Shown one piece after another: positions 62,525-64,000 of a stretch of DNA of 64,000 nt. Source of the DNA: Blasia pusilla (Eukaryota); assembly GCA_050084515.1 (NCBI GenBank), contig CM114271.1, positions 34,844,001-34,908,000 of the forward strand. The letters run 5' to 3'. The stretch's first letter is position 1, and every line of letters starts with the position of its first letter. Both the position numbers and the translations under genes were made by a program. The notes beneath the pieces were generated by a model. That model ran no database searches and was not told the DNA's origin. It saw only the letters and a program-made list of their open reading frames with translations.

Positions 62525-62885
62525 TGTCTCGACTTTTCTAGTAGATCGAAAAGGATCCATAGGTTACTTTGGAGGAGGTCGGAGGTCAGCCTTTGGAGGT
62601 AGAGGATGGACTATTGAGAACAAGGGTAATCTTAGAGAGCAAGTTTTCCCTTTTTTTGGCCTATTCAGATCCATATTGAAATATCTATTTTTTGGTTAAA
62701 TTCCACTTAGGAGCATAGTCAAATTTCTATTTCTGAAAGTGGCCCTTGACCCGGCCCCTATTGTTGATCAAATACCAAGGAGGTAACTTGCGAGCACATG
62801 TTACAAAGGAGAGAGGGAAGGGCAGAGGGTAGTGGTATATCCAAGGAGAGTGAGTTCTAGAGCTCATTCATTCTTTGTTCAACCT
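62525..62885 (+). repeat. Diverged family B LTR fragment in inverted orientation
   Basis: Its reverse complement aligns by eye with 51282-51640 (aggtt.aacaaaga..gaatgagctct, ggtcaaggg.cactt, ggaaa.cttgctctct, ..aaag...gaca). Confidence 0.75.
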
Positions 62886-63520
62886 CTCCCAAGGCTCCCT
62901 CCTTGACTCTCGGTCAATAGTAGAAGGTCAAGGGTCACTTTCAAAAATATGAATTCAAATATGCTTATAATAGGAATTTACTTAAAATAGTGAGCTCCTT
63001 GGTATGACTGTGAATGACCCTGAACAAGGGGAAACTTGCTCTCTCAGGTTATCCTCGACCACTTGAGGCTATCCTCCAACCTCCTCGAAGACAAATCAGG
63101 GATTCTTGTCACTTTGCTATAAAAGATATGACAACTATCATGTGCATACAAATCGGTATCATCAAACATAAACAGATAGACACAAAATACCATACTGACT
63201 CGTGACATCTAAATACAAAGACAATTGTATGTGTACCAAAATATCTCTTAACGTCCCTCTCGTGAGTGGTTATATATCTCTACCTCCAGATTGTCATCTA
63301 TCCCTACCTACCATGATGACACTAAGAGCAAAAAGGTTGGGTGCTCACGCGGCCCCATCATTGATTGTTTTCTTTTCATACATGTTACTAATATTAGTCT
63401 AGATCTATGACTACCTTGTATCTACTTTGTGTACATCTCGTGCACATCTATCGATCATCCCTGAGGAACCCTAGCTAGAGGTGGTATCAAACATGCTATG
63501 TGCTACCCCCTCTTGGACAT
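62886..63520 (-). mobile_element. Third, older family B remnant (partial LTR, 3' UTR and PHD fragment)
   Basis: Similar to 51370-52030: ggtcaagggtcactt, ggggaaacttgctctctca, tgacaactatc, taccaaaatatctc, ctatccctacctaccatga, gggtgctca..gccccatc and tgtacatct..gaggaaccc..gaggtgg. Confidence 0.75.
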
Positions 63521-64000
63521 TCATTATAGATCAATTTTAGCAAACAGCTTGGACAAGCAAAAAATGGAAAACGCCCTTGCCCAATTTGGGAGGTGGGTCG
63601 AGTCTTTTCTCGTACACTATCAGCGGACTATTTTCAATAAATTCAATGGTTGGTTTAGAAAGCTGAGAAGAAATACACTACTAGGTTTCTAGTTAAATGT
63701 CATTTTAGGGAGTTTTAGCTCTAGTGGCCAACTGTGAATGACAAAACCAAGGGTTCACAAGGCGGGAAAATCAAACAATAGGCAAGAATTGGCGCCTTTA
63801 ATTGCCACAACCATTCCAATAACTTATAGAGAAATTACTCTTGAGGTTGGAAAAATACCACCAAATAGCAATAGTCGTTGAAAGATAGGGGACAATAATA
63901 GATAATGTGGCTACTATTGAGAAGATCTACAAAAGTCATTAGGTCAATCCAACTACAATTTTGCTTGGAACAAAATGCTTCATCTACCCTAAAGCTGATC

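Noticed and set aside
51282-62885. Family B as a DIRS-like element with inverted terminal repeats
   Set aside because: It encodes an aspartic protease and a DDE integrase, and no tyrosine recombinase is visible. The inverted fragment is far more diverged than true paired termini would be.

Overview
Eukaryotic window from a land plant, probably a bryophyte (inferred from GT-AG introns, an AUX1/LAX gene and the TE types). The left half (1-32 kb) is gene-rich. It holds a spliced mitochondrial Fe-S assembly P-loop NTPase (INDH/NUBPL), an intronless LST8, a multi-exon gene with two tandem Rubisco-LSMT-type SET modules, and an AUX1/LAX auxin influx carrier. The right half (32.5-64 kb) is a nest of degenerate retroelements: a non-LTR element with a restriction-like endonuclease, a truncated Ty3/Gypsy (family A) plus its solo LTR, and two adjacent copies plus remnants of a second Ty3/Gypsy family (B). 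The main result is the family B polyprotein. It carries a DNMT3-like C5-cytosine DNA methyltransferase domain between the aspartic protease and the reverse transcriptase, and a PHD finger after the integrase (gag-PR-DNMT-RT-RH-IN-PHD). Both copies here are broken by stops and frameshifts. All domain calls come from reading motifs by eye, not from database searches, and exon and TE boundaries are manual estimates.
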